Source of the DNA: Paramecium tetraurelia
Lineage: Eukaryota
Direction: 5' to 3'
Assembly: GCA_000165425.1 (NCBI GenBank)
Contig: CT868666.1
Location: forward strand, 124,001 to 188,000
DNA length: 64,000 nucleotides
The notes beneath the pieces are model-generated. The model was not told the DNA's origin. It made no database searches and saw only the letters and a program-made list of their open reading frames with translations. Made by a program: the position numbers and the translations under genes. This document shows positions 14,111-30,085 of this stretch, one piece after another (within the stretch, counting starts at the first letter, position 1; every line of letters begins with the position of its first letter).

Positions 14111-16056
14111 TCATAAATGTTACAAATCTGTAATCTTGGTTAATTTTTTAGCGTCTCTCTATTCTTTCTAAAGTCGCTGTTGCATACGATTATAGCGTCC
14201 TTGAAATAGTTTTGTATCATCTTTAAGTCTTTTCCATTTTATGGGTAAGAAACATTAATCTTTCGTCATGAGATTATCCATGAGCAACTTTTCATGATAT
14301 CCATTGTAGATACGCTTCACATACTCATATTTCATAATATCTGGATCATCAATGAACTCTTTCTGTTGAGATTCTTATATATGAAGAGATTCCCTTTGAG
14401 TCTATGGTTAGGATTTAATGACCATAGCCATGTTGTCTAAAGGAATGTACAGAGGATTTAATCTCTCAGATTCCAAAATCAGATCTGAAACTTTGTCAAT
14501 TTCTATAGCTTACTATAATTTTGTATTTAGAATGTGTAATGGAATTCTATTCTTTATTTAACTTGTTCTATTCACATTTTTTGAAAGTAATTTAAACTAT
14601 TCCCAAGATCCTTGAAAGTTCTTATTATCCTTCACATCTCTGTCTGTTTTCAGCAGCTGCAATTTCCCTGATTTCATCTATTCTTTTATCAATTCAAATT
14701 TAATTGTACTAAATCGAGGTTTGTGTTCCGATTAGAAACCTAATGTTTGTAATTCAGAAATCATCATTGTGCTTCTTCTCTTTAATTACATCACATATAA
14801 GGATTGTTTCCTTTGCAAACGAGAATATAAGAAATCTTCAGGTTATATTGGTTTAATCTACTATTCTAATGCTTTCTAATTTAGCTCTTAAAGACATTTA
14901 GTTCTCTTATTTTCATCATAAAATACATTTCTTACTTTATTGTTTTTCAATTCCACATAATCCTTATACTTCTTAACCTTCTCTTTAACTTATTATTTAA
15001 AATGCTCAGACACTTAATAAGCTTGCTCATTCCCAATAAATAATACAATGCCATCTCCACATAAAAATTCCTCGCATCGAAATCCACTCTTTATCAATTA
15101 AGGTTTTGGGTATTTAGAATTCCATTAATATAATCTACCAAGCTGATCAACACATGCAGCTTGACTTTAAGCTACATGAATTTTACGAATATTTGAATAC
15201 TCATTAGGCATTTGAACTTCCTTAATCTTCAATGCTTATTCAAATGTCATAGGTTGTAAACCATTCCCCCATTCATAAATGACTCCTTGCTAATTCAAAG
15301 CCAAACTATAATGATTTCCACATTAAATGTCCTGAATTCTGTCCAGATGTTTGATTTGAGTAGGAGTACTACAATATGTCTGGAATGAGTATCCTGCCAT
15401 TTACAATCCTAATTCTCCATTCTTCCCATTTCCCCATGAATATACACACCCGTTTTCATCCAACAATAACGAATGACTTATTGAACATGATATCTTCACT
15501 ACCTTATTCATTATCAGTAGCGGTTTCGACGTAGAAACTACATTAGTCTACACTCCCATTAAATGAGTAAATCCGCTTCCATATAAATCACCGTGTTAAA
15601 TGTAATAAAATCGATCATTTTATGCACATAATTATGATACTCCCTTTTAAGGCAATTGTTTTGGATCTATACATAATCCTTTAAATATTGAACAACCATA
15701 ATTAGTTTCACCCCAATAATAAAGACCTTCCCAATTGTAAGCATAGGTATATGTTTCAGCACAAGTTAGAAGATCATAATTGCAATAGAGCCTTTAAGGT
15801 TTCTTTTGTACTTCAGAGACCTCCCCTAAACCTAATTGAGCATGAGAATTATCCCCAAAAACCCATACATCATCCCTAACTATTTTACTTTTGTACCGAT
15901 TGCCAAATAGAAAAAAAGAACGGAATCCTCCGAATAGTCTAATGATAGTAGCATCAACGAGGATCTAATTCACTGAACCGTGAGGTACAAAGTCCACCAA
16001 ATCAGTACGGCCGATAAAGAAGACTACTTTTATTTGCACACACTACCATTGCTCAT
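14111..16056 (-). CDS. RCC1-repeat protein
   Basis: RCC1 blades DVWVFGDNSHAQLGLG, HSLLLDENGCVYSWGNGKNGELGL, CGNHYSLALNQQGVIYEWGNG. Two short 5' introns. Confidence 0.85.
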
Positions 16057-16537
16057 ATTTGGATGGGGTTGTTAATTAATTAATATTTATGAAAAATAAA
16101 TTAAGACTTATTAAAATCTTGATGGATAAAAGAAGACATATCATCAGTTTATATATTATATTATGTTCCAATGTGTTATTATTTTATCTCATTTTACATG
16201 AATTATCACATTGATATATCAAATCTATCAAGGATTGGGGTATTGAATTAAAAAATTTTGAGTACTTTTTAATGGTTTAATTCGACCTAAGTAAATGATT
16301 TTGGTAAAAATGTGTATCTGGAATTCAATATTATCAGATGATTAAATGGTTCCATGTCTATTATATACCTAAAACATATAGGAGAAATAAGGGATAAATT
16401 TATTAATATATCATCATGAATTGGGATCTTAAATTTTAATAAGAAATTTAACAATTCAAAATTCTCATGTAGAAATGAATAGAATTTATTATTAAATAAT
16501 CGCAGTCATAAAATAATATTGTATGAATGTATATTGA

Positions 16538-17834
16538 TCAGGATATTATTTTCACATTGGGAAGTATTTATTATTATTACTGTAAAAGTGTAGGCTACAT
16601 AGTTTATATGGGTTGGTCTTAAATGATGTATTATTTATGAATTGGCTATGGAGGATATGATTATGATGAATCTATTACATACTGTGTTTGAATTGGACGA
16701 GTAGTAGTGGTTTATTCAAGAATTACTCTTTAAGGAGATTGCTATTGGAGCAATATTGATTATCTTGATAATTCTATGCTGATTCGTTACTCCAAAGATT
16801 TAATCAAATCATCCTTTTGACCTATGATTGTGGCCATCTTAATATTCTCCTATTCTATAAACCTAAAATCATTGATCATTCTAGAGTAATCCTATTTTAA
16901 TCTAATTTTCTCAGGATCATCCTTAAATGACAATGACGATAATTCTGAATTAGTGAATTTGAGAGAATCTACTTCTCGTAATAAGACACTGCGTTCTTAT
17001 TCTAAGTATCTCATTTAATTGATTAGCTCATAATTCTCTTATGGCATTGGAACATGAACTACAGATTAAGGAAGTGGTTGTCTTAATCTCAGATCTAAAT
17101 CTTGGACTAAACTACTCTTTTACTAAAGCTCTATTTGTATATTATTTATTATTTGTTTCAACTCCTTAATTTTTTTCTTTTTCTTATCCAATTGGCTTTA
17201 CAATCTCTCCATTTAATAGGTATTGATAATTTGAGGTTATTGTTATTATGGTTGGCTCTATTGAACTCTTGAACTTAATTGATTTTTAATATCAAAGAGG
17301 GATTGCTTTAAATCTGATATTTATCGTTGTTATTCATCCTAGAGTTTTTAATTGTGCATTTAATCTAATTATTATTACATCTTTAATTCCATTTCCTTAA
17401 TTTCTTGTATGTGCAATTTCTCTATTTCATCCAATTTCTTCTCGTAATTCTCATTTCTATTTTACAAAATAGGTTGCTTCTCTAAGAATATTGATCAAAA
17501 TTTTACCTTTCAATACTACTTATCGAGTAACAACTTTTTATTCCTTGTCACAACATGAAACATAAGGTGTGCTAGATATACAGCAATTCTATTCTTATAT
17601 CATATGATCTTCTTTTATAAATTATGATTCTCCTTTCACTACTCTTCTCTCTCTTATTACTGTTGGTTCTGTTGTTATGATTTATGTTGCTGCTTGAATG
17701 TTAGGTACTACAACTATTGGTTATTCATATGTAGAAGCTACATAAGGAGTAGGAACATATGTTTGATAGTATGATTGAGGATGATCATATCTGTATTCGA
17801 CTGCCTTAGTTTTCTTTTCAGAGTGTTTTGACAT
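16538..17834 (-). CDS. Coiled-coil protein with P/V/Y/Q-rich ends (possibly cortical cytoskeleton)
   Basis: MSKHSEKKTKAVEYRYDHPQSYYQTYVPTPYV...RRVVKGESQ..., a central coiled coil, and a Q/P-rich tail ending ...ILPNVKIIS*. Short introns. Confidence 0.75.
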
Positions 17835-17867
17835 TTAAATAAATCAACGGTTAATTAATTAAAAATT

Positions 17868-18536
17868 TCACGACATAGTAGCATTGCAAGAACAATCAAG
17901 AATTGACCAGAAGGAAGGTGGTTGGATATATTTCTTACGATTTTGCACATCTTCAAATTAACTCAATATCGATTCGCAATAGTTCATTCTCTGTTTCTGT
18001 TGGATTGCAAATCTCTTGGCATATTCAATGAATTAGGATTCTTTCTTGGTTTTGTCAATCATTAAGGCCGTCTCTTTATTAATTGCCTCAAGAATAATCA
18101 TTTTAAATTAATCATTATTTTAACATTGTATTTGTTACACTTTTTTAAGTTGTAATTAGTTTTCAAAATATCTCTCAACTTTCTTTATCTTTTTAGTCCA
18201 ATCCACTCTGAATTCGCAAACCTATCTAAACGTCTTGCCTTGTTAATTTTTTTCATATAATTGTTCATGTATGCAATTTTCCATGTGTAAACAAGCTTGC
18301 ATAATTAAGGAGACCAATAATTCTAAATCCTTTTAATTCTTATATTCAAACAATTTCTTATCAGAATGCGTTGGAGTCTTTAGCTTAAAAGTATAACTAT
18401 TCTAAAAGTCTTGTTATATTGAAGTCTTTAATTTGTCATATATCTGAATTTAAGGAGAAGGATGTTTTCGACGACCGCTGAGTCTTAGTTAGTTGATTTG
18501 AGATTCATCTTGAATTAAATTTGATATATTCTTCAT
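17868..18536 (-). CDS. Hypothetical protein (222 aa)
   Basis: Uninterrupted 669-nt frame in ciliate code, MKNISNLIQDESQ...YIQPPSFWSILDCSCNATMS*. Confidence 0.7.
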
Positions 18537-18547
18537 TAATTTAAATT

Positions 18548-19262
18548 ATGTTTCCTCGAATACTAAAAACTCAAAAGTAATTGGATTGTTGTTAAACTAA
18601 GCTCATTTAGTCCATATACGTTATTCATGAATAAAAATTGCTACAATTTAGCATTGGAATTGAAATAATATCTCTTGTCTGATTATTTGCTTGCTTAATT
18701 TCCAATTTTGTAATTACCAGACTATATGGAGAATACATTTGCTTTACATGTGAACATCTTGCAATAGCGTTTAGTAAATTAAATTTGATAGCTCTAGTTG
18801 AATGAGAAGAACACTCAATCCGAGAAGGACGTTGATCATCTGAGATTCTTTTTGAAGACCTATGTCTATAGTGAATTGGCAAACAAATATAATGAAAAAT
18901 ATCCTGCTGATGGTAAGGAAACATCTTAGAAAAATAGCATTTAGTGATTATTTTATAGAGAACTATCAGAACAGAGTAGAGATCATGGCTGGTGATATAA
19001 AGATTTTAGATAATGACATGCAAACTTTACAGAAGGAGGAGATTGATGAGAATACAAGAAAATTTATTAGGAAATTCATTTTTCTAAATAAAATAGGGAC
19101 TACAAATAATATTGTATAAAAATATAGTAGTTATGTGATGGCTCATGTAAGATGATTCCAATAAAATAGATGAACTATTTGCATTCATTGTCATACTTAG
19201 AAATTATGCAATATAAAATCTATTGGGGAATGTAAGAGGCATTAAAATAGTTGAAAGCTTGA
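18548..19262 (+). CDS. Probable mitochondrial protein, divergent Cbp3/UQCC1-like (complex III chaperone)
   Basis: Four tiny introns. Presequence-like MFPRILKTQ; QLPDYMENTFALHVNILQQRL and C-terminal YSSYVMAHMNYLHSLSYLEIMQYKIYWG resemble Ubiq_cyt_C_chap motifs. The gene structure is solid; the family call is tentative. Confidence 0.6.
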
Positions 19263-19296
19263 TTGAATTGTGAATTAGGTAATTGTATAAATGTGA

Positions 19297-20177
19297 TCAT
19301 TTGAGATTGTAATTTTCATCTTAGGGTTTTTTCATTTAAGAATTCATTTTAGACATGATCGATTGATTTTTTATGGATTTTTCAAGTCTATTGATTTCTT
19401 GATTCTATTAATTCTCTAATTCTTTTCTAACATGTTAATATTTGGAGAGCATTCTATATTAATTAGTATTTAATATTACTTTTAGAGTTCTTATGATTTG
19501 CTTTTGCTTAATTCTTCTTGTACTGAGAGAATGCGTTATTACAAAGCATTCAATTCTATAATTTATTTCTATCTTAATTGTTAGATCAAATTCCTGATTT
19601 TGTTCTATCTAGTATGATTCCATTTATCAAATTCTTCCTTTTCTAAATTCAATATCCTCTATTAGATCATATGAGCCTCTTTATAACTTAAATGATTTAG
19701 GTGCTGATTACTTTTCTAACTTTGCCAATTGTTCTTCGGTCTTCCTCAGTTTTAACAATTGAGCAGAATCCTTTGGTTTTAATGGAATTGTATTTTCTAG
19801 TTCTTCAAGAAACGAAGTCAATTCTAATTCATGTCTAGATAGTATCTCATCCTTTGCAGATTTAGTTTCAAAATCAAATTACTTAAATTTCTCATCCCAA
19901 AACAAGTTAAATTGATTAAATTCGTCAAAATGAGCTTTGTCGATTTGTTGCTTTTCATCTGAATGTCTATCAACAACCTCGTGTTTTTATTAGAGATCTA
20001 AGGTTTTTGTCAATTCATTCAATTTTGTTTTGGCTAGATCCGCTTCTAAGTATTTTCCTTGTTTTTCGCAAGTCTTTTGATGATGGTATAAGATTTAGCT
20101 AGAAGTGGGTTATAGGAATACATTTATTCTTGTAGGTCAAATTGTTGAATGGGAATGTTTTGATGAGAGTTAATCAT
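19297..20177 (-). CDS. Coiled-coil protein of a conserved ciliate family
   Basis: ILYHHQKTCEKQGKYLEADLAKTKL...EFNQFNLFWDEKF...IPLKPKDSAQLLKLRKTEEQLAKLENYKEAH. Three introns. Confidence 0.8.
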
Positions 20178-20216
20178 TGATATTTATATATTATTAAAAT
20201 GATAATAATTGATATT

Positions 20217-21153
20217 ATGAAGGAGAGGGTTTCAGACATTTAGAATATCTACAATAATACTATGGCAATAAAACAAATTAGTAATTATTGCTATAATGTA
20301 GAGTATAGAGAGAAGCTTCGTTAAGTTTAAGAGACTGACCTAATGAGTTCACTCTATTAATTTCGTAAATTGACACAATAGGATTTAGCTCAATTCCAAG
20401 AAGGAGCAAAATAAATCTTTAAAATAATTGCACCAGGATTTGATGTACACGATAACATTAGTTAAGACACGATTTAGTAACATCACTCTCACTTCTACCA
20501 GCAAAGTGTTCATAGAGTTGTACAAGCATTTTGGTTTCGGTTAAAAAAGCGACGCTTTGTACAATGAATTACTTCACAATTCCAAGCAGCAGATATTTCT
20601 TTGTCTCATTCAACATCTGATGGATCTCACTAAGTTGGCTTTGTAGTGTGCTGTCAAAAGGTTTTTAGACATGAAACTCCTCTGTACAGGGAAGGAGATT
20701 GAAAAGTCTCCCAATCCTAGAAGAGTAGACATAATATAATTTGCATCAGTTAAGAGAAATAAAATCAATAAAGTGATGCGAAGTGAATCCAATTCTCTCC
20801 ATTAATCTGATAACAAGTAAGACCTTAGGATTGCCATCGATAAAAAAGAGAGACTCTCCATCAACGATGCTATTTCTAATTGTGATAAAAGTGAAATCAT
20901 CAAAAAAAATATAAGAAATTATGAAGAAATCAACGCTGACAACATTTCTACAACTTGCAATAGAAATATCTAAAGGCATTAAAGTTTCTAGAAGCACACA
21001 GAACAAAATACACCAAAATTACAATTCCCAAGCATTTACAAGAATACCTCCTATGTTCTTTACAAAGCTCTCAGATCTCGTAATCAATCTGTCTGTCAAA
21101 CCATTACTACTTATATTAAATAGTTGTAAGACAAAGGATTTTATGAAGAATGA
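20217..21153 (+). CDS. Hypothetical protein
   Basis: ATG at 20217, introns of 21 and 25 nt, frame open to ...TYIKQLQDKGFYEE* (TGA 21151-21153). Confidence 0.7.
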
Positions 21154-21178
21154 ATTAATAAAACTAAATTACTTTATT

Positions 21179-24100
21179 ATGAATATTTGCTTATTATCTC
21201 TTTCCACTTAGTTTAAAGACTTCATCTATCTAATTAATAAGATCCTCAAAAATCATGAAGGAATCACCTCTGTTTCATAAAGACTCTATAAACCACCCCC
21301 TATAGTAATTATATTAGCTAATACACTTAGAAATCGGATTATCAGAAAAAATAACTAAAGCGCCCATCCAATGTATTCCAGACACAGTCACATCCTCCCA
21401 AATAATAAATTCAATAACAAATACTACCTCCAGAATAAATACTGAATTCCATAGTCACAATCGCTAGTGATGATCTTGATCCCTAATAACAACAACTTGA
21501 AGATCCTCATTTAGCATTTCAGTAAATACCTCAAACATTTTTACAGACCATGAGTTATAACCTCAAAGAACAAGGTCTAATCAATAAATTAAAGAACACA
21601 CTCAAGGATCAAATTAGCTACTTATAAGAATCCTTGAACTTTTATAATAACATTCATCAGAAATATGACATCATTCAAACTTCTAAAACCAATCTAGAAG
21701 CTAATGATAAAACGCAGAGATTAAAAGCTTGGTCATATTATAAAGCCAATCAATAAATCAAACTAATCAATGAGAAAATTGACTTATTTTCCATTCCTAT
21801 AGGCTTTAAGATTCAGCCTGACAAAATTTACAACACTACTAAAGAACAAATGAAGACCATCATTCATCAACACATTCAACAGCTCAAAATTAGTTAAGAT
21901 GCTCTTAATTCTTATAAATTTGACAATTTCTTTGATAATCAAAATGTTGAAAGGATTTTCAACTTTCTTATTTCATTCTAAGAAGCATATGAAAAATGTG
22001 AAAATACGAAGTCATTATTGATTATAGAAAACTCACTATGTGATGCTCTACATACACTCAGAATTCAATCTTAAACTTTATTTGACTAAATTAAGGCAAA
22101 GTATGAAGATTGGTATAATAAATTCTAAGAAAAGGATGGTCAATATTAAATGTTTCTCAAAATGCTTCAAATTCGTATACATCATATGCCATTCTACTAT
22201 CTGACACAAACCCCTATTTATGAATCTAAGCATCATCAAGATGTCCTCAAATATATGGATGAAATGCTCATCATCTAACAGTCTCTTAGTCAGTATTAAG
22301 ATCAAATCCCATTTATTATGAAATTCTTAAAATTAAGAAACAAATAGTTAAAAACATTAGAAATCATTATCAATTATGTAAACTCTGATTACCCATATAA
22401 TAAAAGTTTAATAATTGATGTATTCTATCTTAAGGAAGTCAAACTTTTAGATTTAGATTTAACTACATTCGATTATCTCTTATACCTTAGTACTTCAATT
22501 AAAGAATTGTAGGACACATTAATCTAAAAATAAAGATTTGTCTCATCCATAACATTACAAATATTAGATTTGTCTAAATTGAATACAGAGGAAAAAATAA
22601 TTGAAGTTAAAGAGATCAAGAAAACTTAAAAGAAGGAAGTTAAATAACATCTTTTAGATAAATAAAAATAATATTTGAAGAACCTTTCAGTGAAAAATAA
22701 AACAGAAGAATAATTTATTTAGTCAAGACTTAATAAAGAAGATGAAAAATTAAAAATTGAAAAAGAAAATAAGATAGAAAGATTAAAGGCCAAATTATTA
22801 AGGTAGACGATTGCTTAGAAATAAGAAGAGAAGAATTATGAATTTCTACTTAAAAAATACAGATATTAAGAAAACTAATCTAATTTGATAATATAAAAGG
22901 AGGAGAAAAAAAGAAAGAATTTTGATATTTTAGGATAAATGTTGTACTTAATTTTAGATGCTCGATTTAAATTATATAAAACATAATAAAAAGAAACATA
23001 TGATTAAATAATAAATTTTTATGGTTAACATATGTATTAAAAAGGAATTCCTAAGAAATTTAAATTAAGTACAATATAATAATTATACGAGAGCATATAT
23101 GAATTGTCAAAAGATTTTAGAGACCATTTCAATTAATATTTTCTAGATAAACAAGTAAAAAACTATCACAACATTGTTTAACAACAACAAAATCAACAGG
23201 TTAATGAACAGAGTCAATTATTTTAAGAGGCAAAATAAGTAGATTTTATTAATTTTAGTCTAACAATTTCACTAAAATTACTGAATATCATATCACATCA
23301 CAAAAGTGTTTACTCAATACAGAGATTTATAGATTTTGACATATTATAAATGCCAGACTTAGATTTCTATTCATTAAAACATTATTTGTAATGGATATAG
23401 AAAAATGCTGAAAACACATTTGATTACTTATAAAAGAACAGCGATGCTCTCTTAAGATTTGAGTGGATCCCTTTTCTAAATGGGTAGGTGAAATGTAGTG
23501 AGAAGTAATAGGAGAAGCTATTTGAATTGATTAAAAAGATAAATCACTGTTACATCTTAGAATTTGAAGTGATTAGATATATCATTAATTCATTGGCCAG
23601 AGAATTGTTTCATGAAAACACTTTTAAATTTGATTTAAGATAATTGACTAAGGATTATATTGAATAATCAACTAAACAACAACTTTAGGATAAGATGAAG
23701 TATTTTCCAAAATTAAATCAAGAGTTACTAATCCAACTAGAACCTTTCTTGTTGTATTTGGAATAGAAAGTACTTTGCAATTTAGAGGCCTATTATATCA
23801 TTTCTATAATTTAGAAAGAGACAGTATAGAACGCAGAATTAGAGTAGATAATAAAAAATAATTAGTACTTCCGTGATTCAAATGATGTGTGGAAGTTTAA
23901 ATATCAGGGAATGAGATATATTTTAGAGAAAAATGAATTTAAGAATAATAATCTAAATGAAATGATAAACGAATAGATGAGGAGAAATAGTAATATGAAA
24001 AGTAAGGGAAGTAATTAAGGTCAGTTTGGCAAAAGTTCTCTCTAGGATAAATATTAAGAATTAATGCAATTGAATAATCAAAAAAATGAAAGAATTTAAG

Positions 24101-24489
24101 TGAAGAAACCATTGAGTATTATATTGGAAGTGGATTATAAGGAGGATTAGAAATTCTTGGTGAGATTAGTGAATGAAAGTAATTAGAGAGTTAGTATGGA
24201 AATAAAGGAGGAGGTGGTTTCAGATGTTGTGGAGTTGATGTGTGAAAATGTTAAAGGTAAAGATAAGGGGAAGGGTAAATGGGTGATGAAAATTAACAAT
24301 GAGAAGATAAATTTTAGTTAGATTGATATTTTGAGTTATGGAATTCCAAAATGGTTTAATTTAATTATTAATGGGTAGAAAAGGGATATTAGAATGGACT
24401 AAAATATTCTATAATTAGAGAGATATTTAATGGTGAGATATAATAGTGAGAGTGAGAAGGAATTATTTAATATTTATTAATATAAATGA
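21179..24489 (+). CDS. Large hypothetical protein (about 1094 aa) with a central coiled coil
   Basis: One 26-nt intron near the 5' end. Spliced length is 3285 nt (a multiple of 3), with the same frame at both ends, finishing ...EKELFNIYQYK*. Confidence 0.75.
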
Positions 24490-24625
24490 AGATTTGATTT
24501 ATTAATTAATTATATTTTTGTATTGGTTTTAATTTTTAACATTAATTCTTGAGATTTGACTTAAAGCATAGCAGTATTTTTGAAATAATATCTCTTAAAA
24601 TTCATCATTATAATATTATAATTAA

Positions 24626-27084
24626 ATGGAATTTGTAATGTGCCTGCAGTTAATGAGTAATATGTTTATAACGGGACTGGGTGTATACATCAGCAATATT
24701 TGTAATTTTGATTATAATGATTAAAGAGAATTAGAATTTGATGGCTGTGGGAGTATTATTTGGATTGTCAATTATACTTGAATTAATCGCTAATTCGAGA
24801 TTGAAGAACAACAAACTCAAAGTAATTTTGATCTACTTAAGTTTTTGTTCCAAATATTTGGGTATTTGGTTTTTGAGTAATTCTCCTGGAGCGAGCTTCT
24901 TGCTTTAAGGAATAATGTGTTAATCCTTGAAATCTAAGAACATTTTTGATCATATTTTTTTATATGAGATGATAGGATTGTTTGGTTTGATATTGAATAT
25001 ATTCAATAAAGAGAGAATTGTTATTTAGAATGCAGCAATATTAGCAATAGAATTGGTGATAGCCCTTATATTTTTGATCCAACTTTATAAGCTCATAATG
25101 CAGCATTACCCTTACAATAGATAACACAATTTCATCCAGAATTAAGTCATCATCGATTTGACTGCTAATCACAAGATTAAATAAGATTACGAGGTAACCC
25201 CAAGTTAATCTCCAAGATCAAACTTTTAGAAATTATTCTAATCTAATAATTTCATTATTATCAGAGAGAATTTAGAAATTTTGGAGAGTAATTTTGATCT
25301 CAAAATTCATTGGCTCAATGAATCTTCTCCTTAAAACATTATTTTAGTTGAATAATTTATGTAATTGCAAGTAATTTCTTCTAATTTCGGGGAGAGTGAA
25401 TAAACATACAGTTTTAAAGAATTCATGTTGAAATTCAAAGACAACTTAAAGACTCAATTTATATCTTTGCTTATTTCAAAGAGTCAAGTTTTTGATTTAG
25501 AGAATGTCACATTAAACTTAATGCCAATTCAAAACCATGACAGTCTTAACTTTATTGTTTCATTTTCATATTTAAGTCAGTTGTTAGTTAGGAGAATGCA
25601 AGATGATAGTAGTAACCAAGTATTGATGGATATCAGTCGTTCTCTATCTCATGAATTAGGCACCAATCTTAATAGTATAATGGTTTTTTCTAGTTTGGCT
25701 TTGCATGATGATGAGGTACCTGAATCTGTTAAGTAAAAGTACATTTCGCCACTAAAAATAAATAGTGAGCAACTCGGTTTAATTGTAAGTAATATAAGAG
25801 ATTACAATTTAATAAGCTTGTAATAATTCAATCTAAAATTAGAGGAATTCAACATCAATGATGAAGTCAAGTACATTGAGACTCTAATGATTGATATCAT
25901 TAAAGATAAGTAGATTAATTTGGTACATGATTATTAATTGATCAACTCTCTTATTATCAATGATCGACAAAGATTTCGATAAGTTTATTTTCAATTTTTA
26001 CATAATGCTGTTAAATATACTACTACAGGTACAATTCGTATCAAAATTGAAACTAATAGATCATAATGTTAAATATCAATCTAAGATTCTGGACCTGGAT
26101 TAGTATTATAATATTTATTATTCAATATAGTCTGAAGAAGAGATGGCCAGAATGTAGAATATTCTTATTGGAAAGAATCAATTTGTAAAGATTTCACCTC
26201 ATTCGGTTGGAAGTGGTTTGGGAATTGGCATTTCAAATAGTATCATTAAAAGATTGAATGGTCGAAATATTCCAATAATTTGTGATTAAAAGGATAAGGG
26301 AACCATTTTTACATTCTTGATCAAGAACCATCTGCATGAGATTAGCAATTACGATAACAAGAAATCTATAGAACTCAGATCAAGTAGATCAATTATTAGA
26401 CTAATTTCTGGTAATTCATATATTGAGTCACCTTTCAGTAATTCAGTTAAATTCATACTCCCATCTATCAGTCAAAGCAGTGATTCAGTAAATTATAAGA
26501 ATTCCATTGTCGAAGATGACAATGTTCTCAGATAACCTAAATTACTCTTAGTCTAGGATCAAGGATCGGTACCTATCAGTGAGGATGAATTCTTAATTAT
26601 TCAAGAACCGCGTAATCTCAGTCCGAAATTTCAATATGAAATTATTGAATGCTCCATTCAAAGTAATTGTTGTTCAAGAGTTTTGATTGTTGATGATGAG
26701 TACTTTAACATTTTAAGTCTCCAACTCTTAATGCAAAAACATAGAGCTAAATGTGATTATGCATATAATGGAAAAGAAGCACTTAATAAGATTATGTAAA
26801 AATTGGAAATAGGATGTCATATTTGTTAGAACAAATATTACAGTCTCATTTTTATTGACATCAACATGCCCATTCTAAATGGATACCAGACAGTCAAGGA
26901 AATCAAGAGTTTGATCAAGAACAAAACGATCAGAAGAGCATGGTGTGTTGCTAATACAGGATTTACAGATCTTGATACTAAGATATAGTCATTCAATTCG
27001 GGAATGGACTACTTTCTCACTAAGCCATTAGATGCAAAAAATCTTCATGAATTAATTGTTTAAATGTTTCCTCTACAAAAATGA
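24626..27084 (+). CDS. Membrane-bound hybrid histidine kinase / response regulator
   Basis: Hydrophobic N-terminal segments. H-box SLSHELGTNLN, N-box HNAVKYT, G1 DSGPG, G2 GSGLGIGIS. Receiver VLIVDDEYFN...IFIDINMP..NG...FLTKP. Two introns leave 802 codons. Confidence 0.92.
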
Positions 27085-27279
27085 ATTACTCTTCATTATT
27101 ATTTAATTAAATGTTTATAACAGTAATTATATAATCAATTAATATTCATCTATTATCAACTATAACTCTTGAATTGCAATATAAATTGTAAATAGTACTA
27201 AAAAATAATAGCTTAGATATAAAATTGTAAAATATATAATAAATAATTATTTATTATTTTTCACTTCTTTTGAGAAATC

Positions 27280-29985
<2,706 letters not shown>

Positions 29986-30002
<17 letters not shown>

Positions 30003-30048
30003 TATTAATAATACGTATGGAATATCAAGATGATATTAAATAATACAT
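29986..30048 (+). repeat. Imperfect tandem duplication (31/32 bp) spanning the PI4K stop codon
   Basis: atggaatatcaaaatgatattaataatacgt is followed by atggaatatcaagatgatattaaataatacat. Confidence 0.85.
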
Positions 30049-30085
30049 AGTGTATATATAATTTATATTATTTGAAAACGGATCT

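Noticed and set aside
20921..21211. Supplied 96-aa ORF suggesting one continuous gene from 20217 to 24489
   Set aside because: The upstream gene ends at TGA 21151-21153 in another frame and a new ATG follows at 21179. Two genes fit better.
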